Source: the human T2T-CHM13v2.0 reference genome, Homo sapiens
Reading direction: 5' to 3' (one strand)
Assembly (NCBI RefSeq): GCF_009914755.1
Contig: NC_060925.1
Length of the DNA: 64,000 bases
Shown: one piece after another, positions 1 to 14,550 of the stretch
How the letters are laid out: each line of letters begins with the position of its first letter
Position numbering within the stretch: the first letter of the stretch is position 1
Position numbers and translations under genes: made by a program
The notes under the pieces: model-generated
Seen by the model: the letters and a program-made list of their open reading frames with translations, nothing else
The model's database searches: none
What the model was told of the DNA's origin: nothing

Positions 1-291
1 TTTTTTTTTTTTTGGAGACGGTCTCACTGTGTCACTCAGTCTGGAGTGCAGTGGCATGATCTCTCTCGGCTTACTGCAGCCTCGACTTCTTGGGCTCAGG
101 TGATCCCTCAGCCTCACAAGTAGCTGGGACTACAGGCACGCGCCACCATGCCTGGCTAATTTTTGTATTTTTTGCGGAGATGGAGTTTCGCCGTGTTGCC
201 CAGGCTGGTCTCCAACTTGTGAATGCAAGTGATCCACCCACTTTGGCCTCCCAGAGTGCTGGGATTACAGGCGTGAGCCACTGAGCTGGCC
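1..291 (-). mobile_element. Alu
   Basis: Poly-T followed by antisense dimeric Alu ending ...GGCC. Confidence 0.95.
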
Positions 292-934
292 TAAAGTAGC
301 ATTTCTTGTATAATTTGACTAAGTTGGAAGATTATATAATGCTTTATTTCAGAGAGGTTAGGCCTAGAGATTAAATGATGTTTTATTCAAATTACCTTTG
401 TAATGGATTTAGATTTTTTTTTGGAGCATTTTCTTGCCTTTGACATATTTTAAATAACTTCATTGTTTGATACTTTTATTTTAAGATATTATTATTGTGG
501 TGGAACTAGCCTAGTATTCCTTGTATTGGACTTAGGGTGCATCTACCCTGGATTGTGCACTCGTGTAGCTGTTGACTCCGGTTTCTCCTCTAGGGAGGTC
601 ACTGCTTGCAGTTCAGTACTACGTTAGAACAGTTCTTGAAGAAATCTTATTTGGAGTTTTCTTCTGCAGGCCAAATTTCAGGCTAAGCCTCCGGCCCATA
701 GTATCTTTCAAGCCTGCTGTAGCTGATGAATGGTGAGCCGTAAAAAAGTTTATTTTCTCTACTTTCGTGGGGGATTTGCTGACTTTCTGGATACTCAATT
801 GCCAAGAAACATTTAGAAATAAAACGTGTTATATTTAGGAATCATCATTTTAGCTAAATAATAATGCATGATTAGAATTGATGATTCAAGCTGCAACCAC
901 TTTGATTGATACCCAGTCTTACTCTTGAGATCAC

Positions 935-1214
935 TTTTTTTTCTGAGACAGTCTTGCTTTGTCACCCAGACTGGAGTGTAGTGGCGTGATCTTGTGTCAC
1001 TGCAGCCTCCACTTCTCGGGCCTAAGCAGTCCTCCTGCCTCAGTCCCCCAAGTGACTGAGGCTATAGGTGCGTGCCACCATGCCAGGCTAATTTTTGTAG
1101 AGACGGGGTTTTGCCCTGTTGTCCAGGCTGGTCTCATACTACAGGGCTCAAGTGATCCTCCTGCATCGGCCTCCCAAAGTGCTGGGATGACAAGCATGAA
1201 CCACCACGTTCGGC
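935..1214 (-). mobile_element. Alu (J-like)
   Basis: Antisense Alu; TSD TGAGAT(C/G)ACTTTTT at 926 and 1215. Confidence 0.95.
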
Positions 1215-1222
1215 TGAGATGA

Positions 1223-1541
<319 letters not shown>

Positions 1542-1851
1542 TGAGATGACTTTTTAAATGCCATAACAACTCACAGATCCTGTGTCCTCCCATTCTTAAA
1601 TGAAACTAGAGCTTTGTGTTCCTTTAGGTTAAACTAAATTATCTAATAGGTAACAGAAGAGTGGTCTGTTAGCTGGCTTTCTCCTTTCAGTAGATTTGCT
1701 AAGAGAAAGGAAATAAAAGCAAGTAGACTGTGAATAAACATTGAAGATGACTTAAATGACATTGTTTTCCCTAATAATGAAATAATTTATATATTATTTA
1801 AATATAATTTCTATAAAAGAATCTATTTGCAAGTGATAATGAAGAAAGGAA

Positions 1852-2143
1852 TTTTTTTTTTTTTTTTTTGAGACAAAGTCTTGCTCTTGTCCCCCAGGCT
1901 GCAGTGCGATGGCGCGATCTTGGTTCATTGCAACCTCCGCCGCCTTGGTTCAAGCGATTCTCCTGCCTCGCCCCCCAAGTAGCTAGGATTACAGGTGCTG
2001 AACACCACGCTGGGCTAATTTTTGTATTTTTAGTTGAGACACCATGTTGGCCAGGCTGGTCTTGAACTCCTGACCTCAGGTGATTCACCCACCTCGGCCT
2101 CCCAAAGTGCTGGGATTACAGGCGTGAGCTACCGCACCCAGCC
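1852..2143 (-). mobile_element. Alu (S-like)
   Basis: Poly-T plus antisense dimer. Confidence 0.95.
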
Positions 2144-2287
2144 TAAAAAAGGAATATTTAATGGTAGAGGGCTCTGTAAAAACCCCCTAATTTTCAAAGC
2201 CATGTGCCACTGTAGAATTTATGAAAAGTTATGGGCTATTATTATTAGGTTTCAAAAAGTCTGGAATACTGGCGGTAGCATCAGAAT

Positions 2288-2580
2288 TATTTATTTATTT
2301 ATCTTTTGAGACAGAGTCTATCTCTGTCGCCCAGGCTAGAGTGCAGTGATGCAAGCTCCACTTCTCGAGTTCACGCCATTCTCCTGCCTCAGCCTCTTGG
2401 GTAGCTGGGACCACAGGCGCCCACCACCACACCTGGCTAATTTTTTTTATTTTTTTAGTAGAGGTGAGGTTTCACCATGTTAGCCAGGATGGTCTCTATC
2501 TCCTGACCTCATGATCCGTCCGCCTCTGCCTCCCAAAGTGCTCGGATTACAGACGTTAGCCTCCACCTCCACGCCTGGCT
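2288..2580 (-). mobile_element. Alu (Y/Sc-like, small internal deletion)
   Basis: GCAAGCTCC..TTCACGCCATTCTCC and TTAGCCAGGATGG diagnostics. Confidence 0.9.
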
Positions 2581-2717
2581 AAAGCGTTATCATTTTTATC
2601 TAACCCTGAACCAATCAGTGATTGGTTAGTTCTCTAGCTGTGAAGGCTTTGCACTTCCTAGACAGCTTGTAGAACAAGCCCACTTGGATTCCCAGCTCAA
2701 ACTCTTTCCTTTTTACT

Positions 2718-3047
2718 ATTTATTTATTATTTATTTATTCGTTACTTATTATTAATTAAAAAAATTTTTTAGAGACAAGAGTCTTGATCTGTCACCCAGG
2801 CTAGAGTGCCATCACAGCTCACTGCAACCTTGAACTCTTGGGTTCAAGTGATCCTCCTGCCTCAGCCTCCTGAGTAGTGAGGACTACGGGCGTGTGCCAC
2901 CACACCCGGCTAATTCTTTTTTAATTTTATGGAGAAAGGGTCTTGCTATGTTGCGCAGGCTTGTCTTGTACTCCTGGCCTCAAGCAGTCATCCTGTCTCA
3001 GCCTCCCAAAGTGCCAGGCTTACAGGCATGAGCCGCTGTGCCTGGCT
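2718..3047 (-). mobile_element. Alu (J-like) with (TTTA)n tail
   Basis: Antisense dimer. Confidence 0.9.
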
Positions 3048-3389
3048 TGTACTCTTTCACTAGCTGGGAATGCTGGTGAGCAGGACTCAAGGATCCCAGC
3101 AGAGCTGCATCCTGTGCTGTCTTTGCTGCCACTTAGGTGGACCAGGAGCTAGAAGCCTTTCTCTCCATGGCCTCCATACCTTCTTTTACCAGATGGTATT
3201 TCTGCATTTATCACTCTTGATTCCAGCACAGCTTTTCCTCATCTTGCTTTTCTCAGACCTCAGCTCTTATGTAATGAGATAGTTGGTAGTCATTTTGAGG
3301 GGATTCATGTGTTGGGTAAAGGGTTTTCCTAGCGATGACCTCGAAAGTTCCTTCCCATTAATAATAATTACTATTAATAATTAATAGCA

Positions 3390-3553
3390 ATAACTAATGA
3401 TAAAACAGAACAGTTGCAGCAATATACTGTAATAAAAGTTGTGTGAATGTGGTCTCTCTCTCTCTCTGATTATCTTATTGTACCATACTCACCTATTTTT
3501 GGACCTTAGTTGACCGCTTGTAACTGAAACCATGGATAAGAGGGGGACTATTG
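3390..3553. mobile_element. Tigger-family (MER44-like) DNA transposon fragment
   Basis: Ends GGATAAGAGGGGGACTATTG, resembling the MER44/Tigger7 terminal inverted repeat. Confidence 0.65.
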
Positions 3554-3787
3554 TGTAAGGAAATGAAGTCGGAGATATGGAATTTCATTTCAGGGCTTGC
3601 TTTCCTGATATTCAGCTATTCTGTATAACTGTATCTTTTCCTTTTGAGGTCCTTGCTCCAGGACAAGAATAATATGTTGACTCAAGCTGTATGGGGGGAT
3701 TTGAACTACAGACACTCAGATATCTCCTTTCTGAGGTACATAGAGGGCTTAATTTTTTAGGTCTGTCTGTTTAATATACTATATTTA

Positions 3788-4183
<396 letters not shown>

Positions 4184-6418
4184 TCAGACATAGATGAGGG
4201 TTCATAGTTTTGGAAAATAGACTTAAATAATATATGATTACAGATGAAAAATATTTGCTAACCTCAGACTTTTTATGTTTAAGGTAGTATTTATATTCAT
4301 TTAGTTGTACTTTCTGGAGTTGATTAATATAACTGTTATTAAAATCTATCGATTCCCAGTAATTCAGTAAATGAAGACTCTTCCTATTTAGAAACTCGTG
4401 TGGATTGGGGAGTTGCTGTGGGCCCACTGTCATTGATCATATCACATCTTCACTTGAACCTGCTCCCTGGGCCTCCTATAGGCCTCGCGTTTGGAGAGGC
4501 CGTGAACATAATTTATTTTTGGAAGTTTCTTTCATTTTTAAAGATACTGAGAGGCAAGTTGAAGTTCCTGGTGTTCGTGTAAACATTCCCTGCCTTATCC
4601 TTTCCATCTCAGCCATTATGAAATGTTCTGGCTGAATCATGTGCTTTCACAAAGCTTTGATGGAAGTTTCTTCCTCATTTGGTTTTCTTGATAGAGGCTG
4701 TTGTGCTAAAAAGAAAGCTATAACAAGTTAGAAGGGTGGAGAGTGGGCACTTAACATTTTTGAAGTACTTGTCTTTCTTCCTAGGGGTCCTCCAGAAATT
4801 GATCATAGATAACTTGACCAAATTCAAGGCCCAGAGATTTCTTCCAGGCATTCTGGGAGGGAAGGAACATCAGGCTTTCTGTACTGAATCTAATTATTCT
4901 AAATATTTCCCACTGCAGCTTGTATGAGTGTTTTCTGATGCAAATATGGTGATAGTGGCGACCTCTCTAACTGGGCTAAATATCCTTGACAGCTTTTTAT
5001 CTGTCCTCTCCAAGTATTTTTAGTCTCTTTAGCTTCTGTGGCCATGTCTGGAGGAACTGAGGATGGATTTAGCTGCTCTGGTGCTGCTCCAAGTTGTTGT
5101 GGGTGCTCTTTGCTACCTTCGTCACTGTCCTGCCACAGTCCTGCCACTGATGAGGCTCCTGGCCCTTGTCATTTGATGAGGGAACATAAACACTTGTTTA
5201 ATAAAAATAAAAAAGTCATGATTTTCAGAATGCTTTGAAAATAAGCTATGGCTAATGGTGATACACAATAGGAATGTCCCTAATTTCACTAAATTGTATG
5301 CTCAAAAAGGGTTAAAGTGGTAAATTTTATGTTATGCATATTTTGCCACAATTAAAAAAATAAAAACTTCAAATGGATTTGAAGCTTAATGAGAAAACTA
5401 GTTATAATGTCCTAACAGTAAATATATGGCCAATATTTTCATGACCCCAAGGTGGGAGGCTGTGCCTTAAATAAACTGTCAGAATCACACATTAAAAAAA
5501 AAAAAAAGTGATGGTAATCAGGCCCTGAGGTTCATTTATACAGAAAGTGATTTTTAGGTGAGATTTTAATATTTGCAATATTTATATTTGTAAAGAGGAT
5601 TGGCTAGCTCATTCAGAAAAGTCTGAGGTTCTTAATAAACACTAGGAAACAGATGGTTTGGGGTTGATGTCAGGGAAGGTAAGCAGGCCGTGCTTTAGAT
5701 TAGAGCACTTTTGATTGCAAGTCCCATGAGCCACACAGTTTAGGCCAAGTGAAAGCAGTTTTAGTCTAAGAAGAGCAGAAGCAATCGTAGCCTCTCGGGA
5801 CAGAAACTGAAGTGCAGCTGGGCAGTGGGAACTGGATCTGGAGAGTCTGGAGTACATGTCTTCTCTGGAGCTGGGCTTTTTCCATTCACATGTAGCTTCC
5901 TTGCTTGAGTTACATGTAGTGGCCTTAGTCATGGCTCCTGCATGTCCTGACTCTAGTTCCAGTACTCATCATCATCTGACTCCCATTTCTATGGCTCAGT
6001 ACAAAAATATTCAAGACTGGGTATTGGACTGACTCCTCTCAGCCATTTGCTTTGTTTCCATAGGCCAGGTGATCATCTCACTCTGGTCGACTATGAAAGA
6101 AGGTTGGTTAGATCCAGCAGCCTGCTGATCATTTAGAGGGTCTTAGAGTGAGAGGAGATTGTGTGAGAAGCTGGTTATCATAGCAGGGGGTCCTGGCACC
6201 TCAAACTCTGTCCCCATCAAACAGTGTAAAAGAAAAGATATTGACTCCTAAAGGAGTGTCTTATGTTCAGATGCTATAGAGTTTTGCAGAGAAAGTGTTC
6301 AGTGTAGCTACAGATAGAAGGCCAAGTGTCCTTGGTCAGCCAGCCTGGGTGTGTGTGGAGTAAGTTAGTGGTAGGTGTAGTAACTGTCTCAAAGCTTTTT
6401 CTTTGTCTCTCTCTCTCT

Positions 6419-6727
6419 CTTTTTTTTTTTTGAGACAAGGTCTTATTCTGTCGCCCAGGCTGGAGTGCAGTAGCACAATTTCAGCTCACTGAAGCCTCGA
6501 CAGCCTGGGCTCAAGTGATCCTCCCACCTCAGCCCCCCAAGCTGAGGACTTAGCTGGAAAACACAGGCATATGCCACAACGCCCGGCTGATTTTTATGTT
6601 TTTAGTAGAGACAGGGGTTTCATTATGTTGCCTAGGCTGGTCTTGAACTCTTGGCCAGCTCAAGCAATCCACCTGCCTCAGTCTCTCAAAGGGCTGGGAT
6701 TACAGGCGTGAGCCACCGTGCCCGGCC
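6419..6727 (-). mobile_element. Alu (J-like), preceded by (CT)n
   Basis: Antisense dimer. Confidence 0.95.
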
Positions 6728-7404
6728 CCAGAACTTTTTCTTTGAATAGTGGAGAAGCAGAACACCTTGGAATGCTATGGTCTGTGCGGTCTTTGCCCTG
6801 TGGGTGTTCTCAGGTGGAATCAGGCAGTTTGGGTGATGTCAGTATCATTTGAGGTCTTCCACAGTTCAGCTATTTGGGTGGGCTTCCCCACTTTTCCCCT
6901 TGTTTTGGGTCGGTAAACATAAAAGGATGGAGATGTGTATCCTTAGTAAGAATGGGAGACATTGCCTTCAGAATGGGTAGAAAGCAGAAAACAAGCGGGG
7001 AAGAAAACAGAAAACAGCCTCTCTTTAAGTGTATGTGGCTGCCTGTGTGCACAGTCCTTCACCTTTTCCTTAGTATATCCCTCCTGCCTCTGATCTCTTG
7101 TTGTTCTTGATTTTTCATGGTAGAAGGAGGAAACAAAATTATAGAAGACAGGTGGAATACTGTGAAAGAATAGTAGTTTGGAGATAACTATGTAAAGGGC
7201 TACTAGCCTGCGCACCGTTGAATTCTCTGAATTTACAGCTGTTTAGTCATTGATGTTTCATAGTGTTGACCTTGAGTAAATTCAGAAAAGCAATACTGAG
7301 TATGTTCTGCTAAACAAAAGAGGAAAGTGTATGTTTTTAAAGAAACAACCTTCACAGTGGTTTCAGTAGTTACAGGGATTTGGTTCTTTTTAAAATTATT
7401 TTAT

Positions 7405-7996
<592 letters not shown>

Positions 7997-8399
7997 TGAT
8001 TTGTTTTTTAATAATAGCTTAAGATGTAATTCATATATTATAAAATTAACCCTTTTAAAATATATAATTGAGTGGGTTTTCTTTTGTATATTTACATGTT
8101 TCGTGCAACTGTCCCCACTCTCTAATTCCACATTTTCATCACTCCAAAAAGAAAATCTGTACCCATTAGCAGCCACTCCCTGTTGCCTCCTCCTCCCGGC
8201 CCTAGTCAATTACTAATCTGCTTTATTTCTTTATGCATATTTATGCCTAGTGTGAACATTTCATATAAATAGAATCATGTAGTGTTTGTCCTTTTGTGAC
8301 TTGACTGGCTTATTTCCCTTAGCATAATGTTTTCAAGGTTTTTATCTATGTTGTATGTAGCATGTACTGTTACTTCATCCCTTTTTTAAAATTAAAAAA

Positions 8400-8533
8400 T
8401 TTTAAATTTAATATAATAGAGATGGGGGTCTCGCCATGTTGCCAGGCTGGTCTTGAACTCCTGGGCTCAAGTGATCCTTCTGCCTCGGACTCCCAAGTGC
8501 TGGGATTACAGGTGTAAACCACTACACCTGGCC
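8400..8533 (-). mobile_element. Alu left monomer (FLAM-like)
   Basis: Single antisense monomer inside the L1. Confidence 0.85.
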
Positions 8534-9191
8534 ACTTCACTCCTTTTATTTTTGAATAATCCTCTGTTGTGTGGATATATACCACATTTTGTTTATCCAT
8601 TCACCAGTTAATAGACATTTGAGTTATTCCACTTTTTGGCTATTAAGAAAAATGCTGCTGTGAACATTTGTGTACAAGCTTTTATATGGACATATGTTTT
8701 CATTTCTGTTGGAAAGATACCTAGGAGTGGAATTGTGGTGTCGTAGTTAACTCTGTTTAACTTTTTGAGGAACTGTTTTCCAAACTTTTCCAAAGTGGTT
8801 AGATCATATTACATTCCCACCAGCAAGTATGAGAGTTGTAATTTCTCCACATTCTTGCAAACACTTGTTATTGTCCATCTTTTTGATTATAGCCATTGTT
8901 GTAGATGGGAAGTGGTATATTATTGTGGTTTTGATTTGCATTTCCCTAGTGACTAATGATGTTGAGCATCTGTTCATGAGCTTATTAGCCATTTGTATGT
9001 CTGCTTTGACAAATGTCTATTCAAATCCTCTTCCATTTTTGAATTGAGTCAATTGAATTTTTGCTGTTCAGTTGTAGGAATTCTTTATATGTGTTCTAGA
9101 TATCAGTCCCTTATCAGATATGTGATTTCAAATGTATGATTGACATGTGATATGTGATTTTTCTCTGATTCTGTGTGGGTTGTCTTTTCGC

Positions 9192-9488
9192 TTTTGTTTT
9201 TTGAGAGAGGGTCTCATTCTGTCACCCAGGCAGGAGTGTAGTGATGCAGTCATGTCTCCCTGCAGTCTTGCCTGCCTGGGCTTAAGCGGTCCTCCCACCT
9301 TAGTCTCCTGAGCAGCTGGGACTTCAGGGGGGCACCACTGGTCTGGCTAATTTAGAAATTTTTTAATAGAAACGGGGTCTCTATATTATATTATGCCCAG
9401 GCTGGTCTTGAACTCCTGGGCTCAAGTGATCCTCCTGCCTTGGCCTCCCAAAATGCTGGGATTACAAGTATGAGCTGCTGTGCTGGCC
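9192..9488 (-). mobile_element. Alu (J-like)
   Basis: Antisense dimer inside the L1. Confidence 0.92.
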
Positions 9489-10617
9489 TTTACTTTCTTG
9501 ATAGTGTCCTTTGAAGAACAGAAGTTTTAAATTTGATTGTGTCCCATTTATCTGTTTTTTTGTTTTTTTTTTTGGTCACTTATGCTTTTGGTATCATAAT
9601 AAGAAACCATTGTCATATCCAAGGTCGTGAAGGTTTACACCTGTGTTTTTTTGTTAGAGTTCTGTAGTTTTAGCTCTGACATTTAGTTCTCTGATAGATC
9701 TTCAGTTAATTTTTGTACACAGTGTGAGGTAGGCTTCCAGCTTCATTTTTTTGCATGTGGATATTCAGTTGTCCTAGCCCATTTGTTGAAAAGACCATTC
9801 TTTCCTCACTGAAGTGTCTTGGCACCCTTGTTGAAAATCAACTGACTATAAATCTGTGGGTTTATTTTTAGAGTCTTGATTCTATTCCATTGATCTATAT
9901 GTCTATCTTTGTGCCATTACCACAATGTCTTGATTCTGTAGCTTTGTAGTAAGTTTTGAAATCAGGAACTGTCAGTCCTTTAACTCTGTTCTTCTTTTTC
10001 AAGATTGTTTTGGCTGTGCTAGCTCCCTTGTATTTCCGTATGAATATTAGGATCAGCTTGTTAGTTTCCACAGAAGAGACAACTGAGATATAATGGGGAT
10101 TATATTCAATCTGAGGATCTATTTGGGGAGTTTAAATTCATTTTATGGATTTGCTGTATGCTTAGGAAGTCCTGGCTAACTCAGACACCCAAGCATCTTG
10201 CCTTAAAAACACAAAATTTTGTTTTAATTTATTGATGTAGTAGGCTGCCTTGGTGAAACACTGTAATTCACTGTTAGACTGGAATTGGACTTTTCAGGTT
10301 CTAAGAGAGCAAACAGCTCTTCCAGGTAGCGTGTAGGTTGACTTCCTGTAGTAAATGTTTTTTTGATGTGAAAGTTTGCTGATACCTTGCATGTTTTAAA
10401 AAAAATGTGGTATTCTGGTTAATATACATTCTGGTTAATAGAGAACTAGCAGATTATATATATGAATATTTATCAAAGAGTTAGGACATGTTACAATAAA
10501 ATTGTGACATTAAAATTTATATAATTGTTATTATTACTGGAGGAATCAGAAGATATTTTAGGACCTTGTAGTCCCGCAGGGGCCACGTGAACATTGGTTA
10601 TTGTTATACTTTTAAGT

Positions 10618-10890
10618 CACTTCATTTACTCAACAAATAACAAAGTGCCTATCTGTGCCAGGCACAAGGAAGGACAGACCCAGTCTCTGTCCTTATGGAG
10701 CTAAGGGGGAGACGGACATTAATCAAGATGCCATATGAAATTTCAGCTGGGACTCAGTGCTGTGAAGGTGCGTGCAATATGTCATAAAGGGATTTGACTA
10801 ATCTGCAAGGTTGGGGGAGGCTTCTTGAGAGCTCTGGAGGAAAATGGGAATTAATTGTGGGAAGAATTAAGGAGAAAAGTTCCAGGTAAT
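10618..10890 (-). mobile_element. L2 3' fragment
   Basis: TTCATTTACTCAACAAATA..GTGCCTATCTGTGCCAGGCAC is the antisense L2 3' end. Confidence 0.7.
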
Positions 10891-11151
10891 TGGGCGAGTT
10901 TGTTAGTGAGTTGTGTGGAGATACTCTGGTTATATCCTGTTTATCACTTTTGGGAAAGAGTATCTGAATACTTGGCTCTGGCCTTTACTCTGTCCCTTAA
11001 ATGCCTTGTGGCTGAGCAGGTACTCTTTCTGAGCTTGTTCACATACTGTTTTTTAAATTTCTGTAGCCATTTTTATTTACAGATACTTACATGAAAACAT
11101 ACAGAAATCTAGGCTTTTGGTTGATTGTTTTCATATAATTAAAAAATCATT

Positions 11152-11443
<292 letters not shown>

Positions 11444-12049
11444 CTATTTAGAACTGCTTCAGTGGTAAATTGAATACTTTTCTGAACATTTTTCCTAGAC
11501 TTTGAAATTAGGAGTCATTTCTGTTTACACATACTTCAGAAGCCTGTCAGGGACAGAGTCTGTAGTGACAGAAGTCTGTAGGGAAGCAGATATGGATGTA
11601 AGTGATTCAAGACAAGTCATAATGCTTTAATAAGGCTCTGGAAGGGAAGATGGAAAGACTTCCGGGAGGAGGTGGAATTTGACCTGAAATCATTGACGGG
11701 CAAACATGGTAGTTGGAGGAGAAATTCCAAGCAGAGGAAATGGAACAGAGGCATAGAGCCAAGAGAGTACAGGGAGTGGGTGGAATTCATGTGCATATGG
11801 GTAGGTAAGCCTCGGAAAGTAGGTAGGGGTCATGTTGTTAGGGGCCTGAAAGTCAGACCGAAGAATCTGGATTTAATTCTCTGCTCAGGAGAGGCTTTTA
11901 GAAGTTTTTTTTTTTTAGTAGAGGAATGGAATTGATTGGATAAAGTCGATTCTCCTGAAACAGGTGCTAATAAGGGCCACCTAGTTACTTCTCCAGCTTC
12001 CTCTCTACAGTCACGTCACATTTTTTAGACTCTGATTGTTCCAAGGTCC

Positions 12050-12430
12050 CACAGTGTCTGGTGGTTTTAGGCCTCCCACATTGCTGTTGCCTTGATTTAG
12101 AAGTTGCACCTGCCTCAGGAACACAGGCACACACGCTCACCCATGCTCTTGCTGACTTTCTGTGTCTTCTGTGTTTCAGCTTAAATGAAACTTCCAATAG
12201 GAGAAGCCTTCTTGACCTTGCCCCTCTTTTCAGATTGGATCGGATGCCCTTCCTGTGTGCACCATAGCACTACGTGGTTTTCCTAGTCATGGCACATTTT
12301 AGTTTGCATTGGAGTTGCTTGTTTACTTCTCTTTCTCTCTCAATTAGATGTGCATTTCTGGAGGTAAGAGGCTTGAGTACCTAGACTTAGTAAATGCTTG
12401 TTGGCTGAATGAATGAATGAATGAATGAGC
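12050..12430 (+). mobile_element. L2 fragment ending in (TGAA)n
   Basis: AGTAAATGCTTGTTGGCTGAATGAATGAATGAATGAATGA 3' terminus. Confidence 0.7.
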
Positions 12431-12620
12431 AAATAGGAAGGACTAGAGTCGGGAGAAAATCACTTCTGGCAAGAGTTGTCTGTAGAATTGGGGTGAGGAA
12501 AGAGCTCGCATGGCTGAGGAGTGTGTGTGTCACACACACATGCAATTTTGTGACTGACTGAATGTGGGCCTTGAGGGAAGGTGACTCCTAGGTTTTGAAC
12601 CATAACTGGGGATTTAGTGA

Positions 12621-13059
<439 letters not shown>

Positions 13060-13720
13060 TGACATTGGAGATGTGGGTCAAAGATCAGGGAGTCCTTCAT
13101 ATCACCCTGCTTTTTTTCTTCATTGTTCTTCCAGAGGGCAAGGGAGGGAGCCTTGGTGCTGGAGTCCTTAGAGGTCAGCCCCCTGGGCTTGGGGCAGGGA
13201 GAGAAGGGCTGTGAGGAGGTCTGGAGGGGCAGATGCAGTGGCAGCAGCACAGCACAAAAGGTACAGACAGTACCTTTGCAACCAATGAATGAATCAGTTC
13301 AAAACAATTAGAAGTCACAGTTGTGAGTGAGATTGGAAGGGGAGCAGAGAAGGGGCCTGAGGGCAGAAATGTGATGAATGCTTACATTTTAATGCCACCA
13401 GAGGGGAGAGAACCAGTAGAGGCTGAGAAAGAATGGTCGGAGAGGTAAGGGAACAAGCAGAATATGAATTCAGGGTTGCTGAGTGTGGAGGGTTGAAAGG
13501 AGGTTGTCAGTCGTAATGCTGCAGAGTTGAGTAGACTGAAGACTAAGGAAGGGTATTGGTTTTGTCAATTCGATAATGAGAGAATAAAGGAGTAGAGATA
13601 GGGTGGATGATTATTTCAGAACCGTGGTGGCATATACAGAGTACTGGTAGAAATGATGGTGAAATGATTGATCCAGTCCAAGATGAGAAAAGAAACCACT
13701 GTGGCCTGATGGGCTGTGAG

Positions 13721-14550
13721 TGTATTAGTTATCTATAGCTGCTGTAACCAATCATCACAAACCCAGTGGCTTCAAACAGCCCAGGGTGGAATCTCCTGGT
13801 TCCCATGGGTCAGGCATTTGGGCAGGGCAGGGCTGGGTCTGCTGGATTGGGACTGCTGAACTGTGGTCGAGGTGCTGGCCAGGACTGGGCTCACCTTGGA
13901 AACCTCTGGTAGGGGAGGATCCACTTCCAGGCTCCCTTGGCCATTTGAAGGACTCCTTTCTTTGGGCTGTTGGGCTGAGGGCTCAGCTTTTCGCCAGCTG
14001 TTGGCCCGAGGCTACCCTCAATTCCTGCCCCAGGGGCCTCTGCAACACCATAGCTTGCTTCATCAGAGCCAGGAGGGACAGTCTCTAGCAAGACAGAAGT
14101 CACAGTCTGCCCATTACCTTTGCCATGTTCTGCTGGTTAGAAGCAACTTGCTAGGTCCAGCCCACACTCCGGGGGAGGGGGTTACACAAAGCTGTTAACA
14201 GTGGCTGGGCGCGGTGGCTCATGCCTGTAATCCCAGCAGTTTGGGAGGCTGAGGCAGGCAGATCACGAGGTCAGGAGATCGAGACCATCTGGCTAACACG
14301 GTGAAATCCCGTCTCTACTAAAAATACAAAAATTTAGCCGGGCGTGGTGGCGGACACCTGCAGTCCCAGCTACTCCGGAGGCTGAGGCAGGAGAATGGCA
14401 TGAACCCGGAGGCGGAGCTTGCAGTGAGCTGAGATCGTGCCACTGTACTCCAGTCTGGGTGACAGAGCGAGACTCCGTTTCAAAAAAAAAAGCTGTTAAC
14501 ATCAAGAGGTGGGGATCATAGGAGGTCCATCATAAAGTTTGTCCTCCACC
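13721..14550 (-). mobile_element. MaLR (MLT1-type) solo LTR interrupted by an Alu
   Basis: Starts TGTATTAGTTATCTATAGCTGCTGTAAC...AGTGGCTTCAAAC, typical antisense MLT1 3' end. Confidence 0.75.
14203..14491 (+). mobile_element. AluY-like
   Basis: GGAGAATGGCATGAACC..GGAGCTTGCAG; TSD AAAGCTGTTAACA at 14188 and 14489. Confidence 0.95.

Larger units (their letters stand above)
8000..10135 (-). mobile_element. Old L1 (L1M-type) 3' end and ORF2 C-terminus, interrupted by two Alus
   Basis: Minus ORFs 8608-8793 (YDTTIPLLGIFPTEMKT..CTQMFTAAFF) and 8804-8992 (CSTSLVTREMQIKTT..MAIIKK..NNKC) match the L1 ORF2p C-terminus. Confidence 0.92.
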
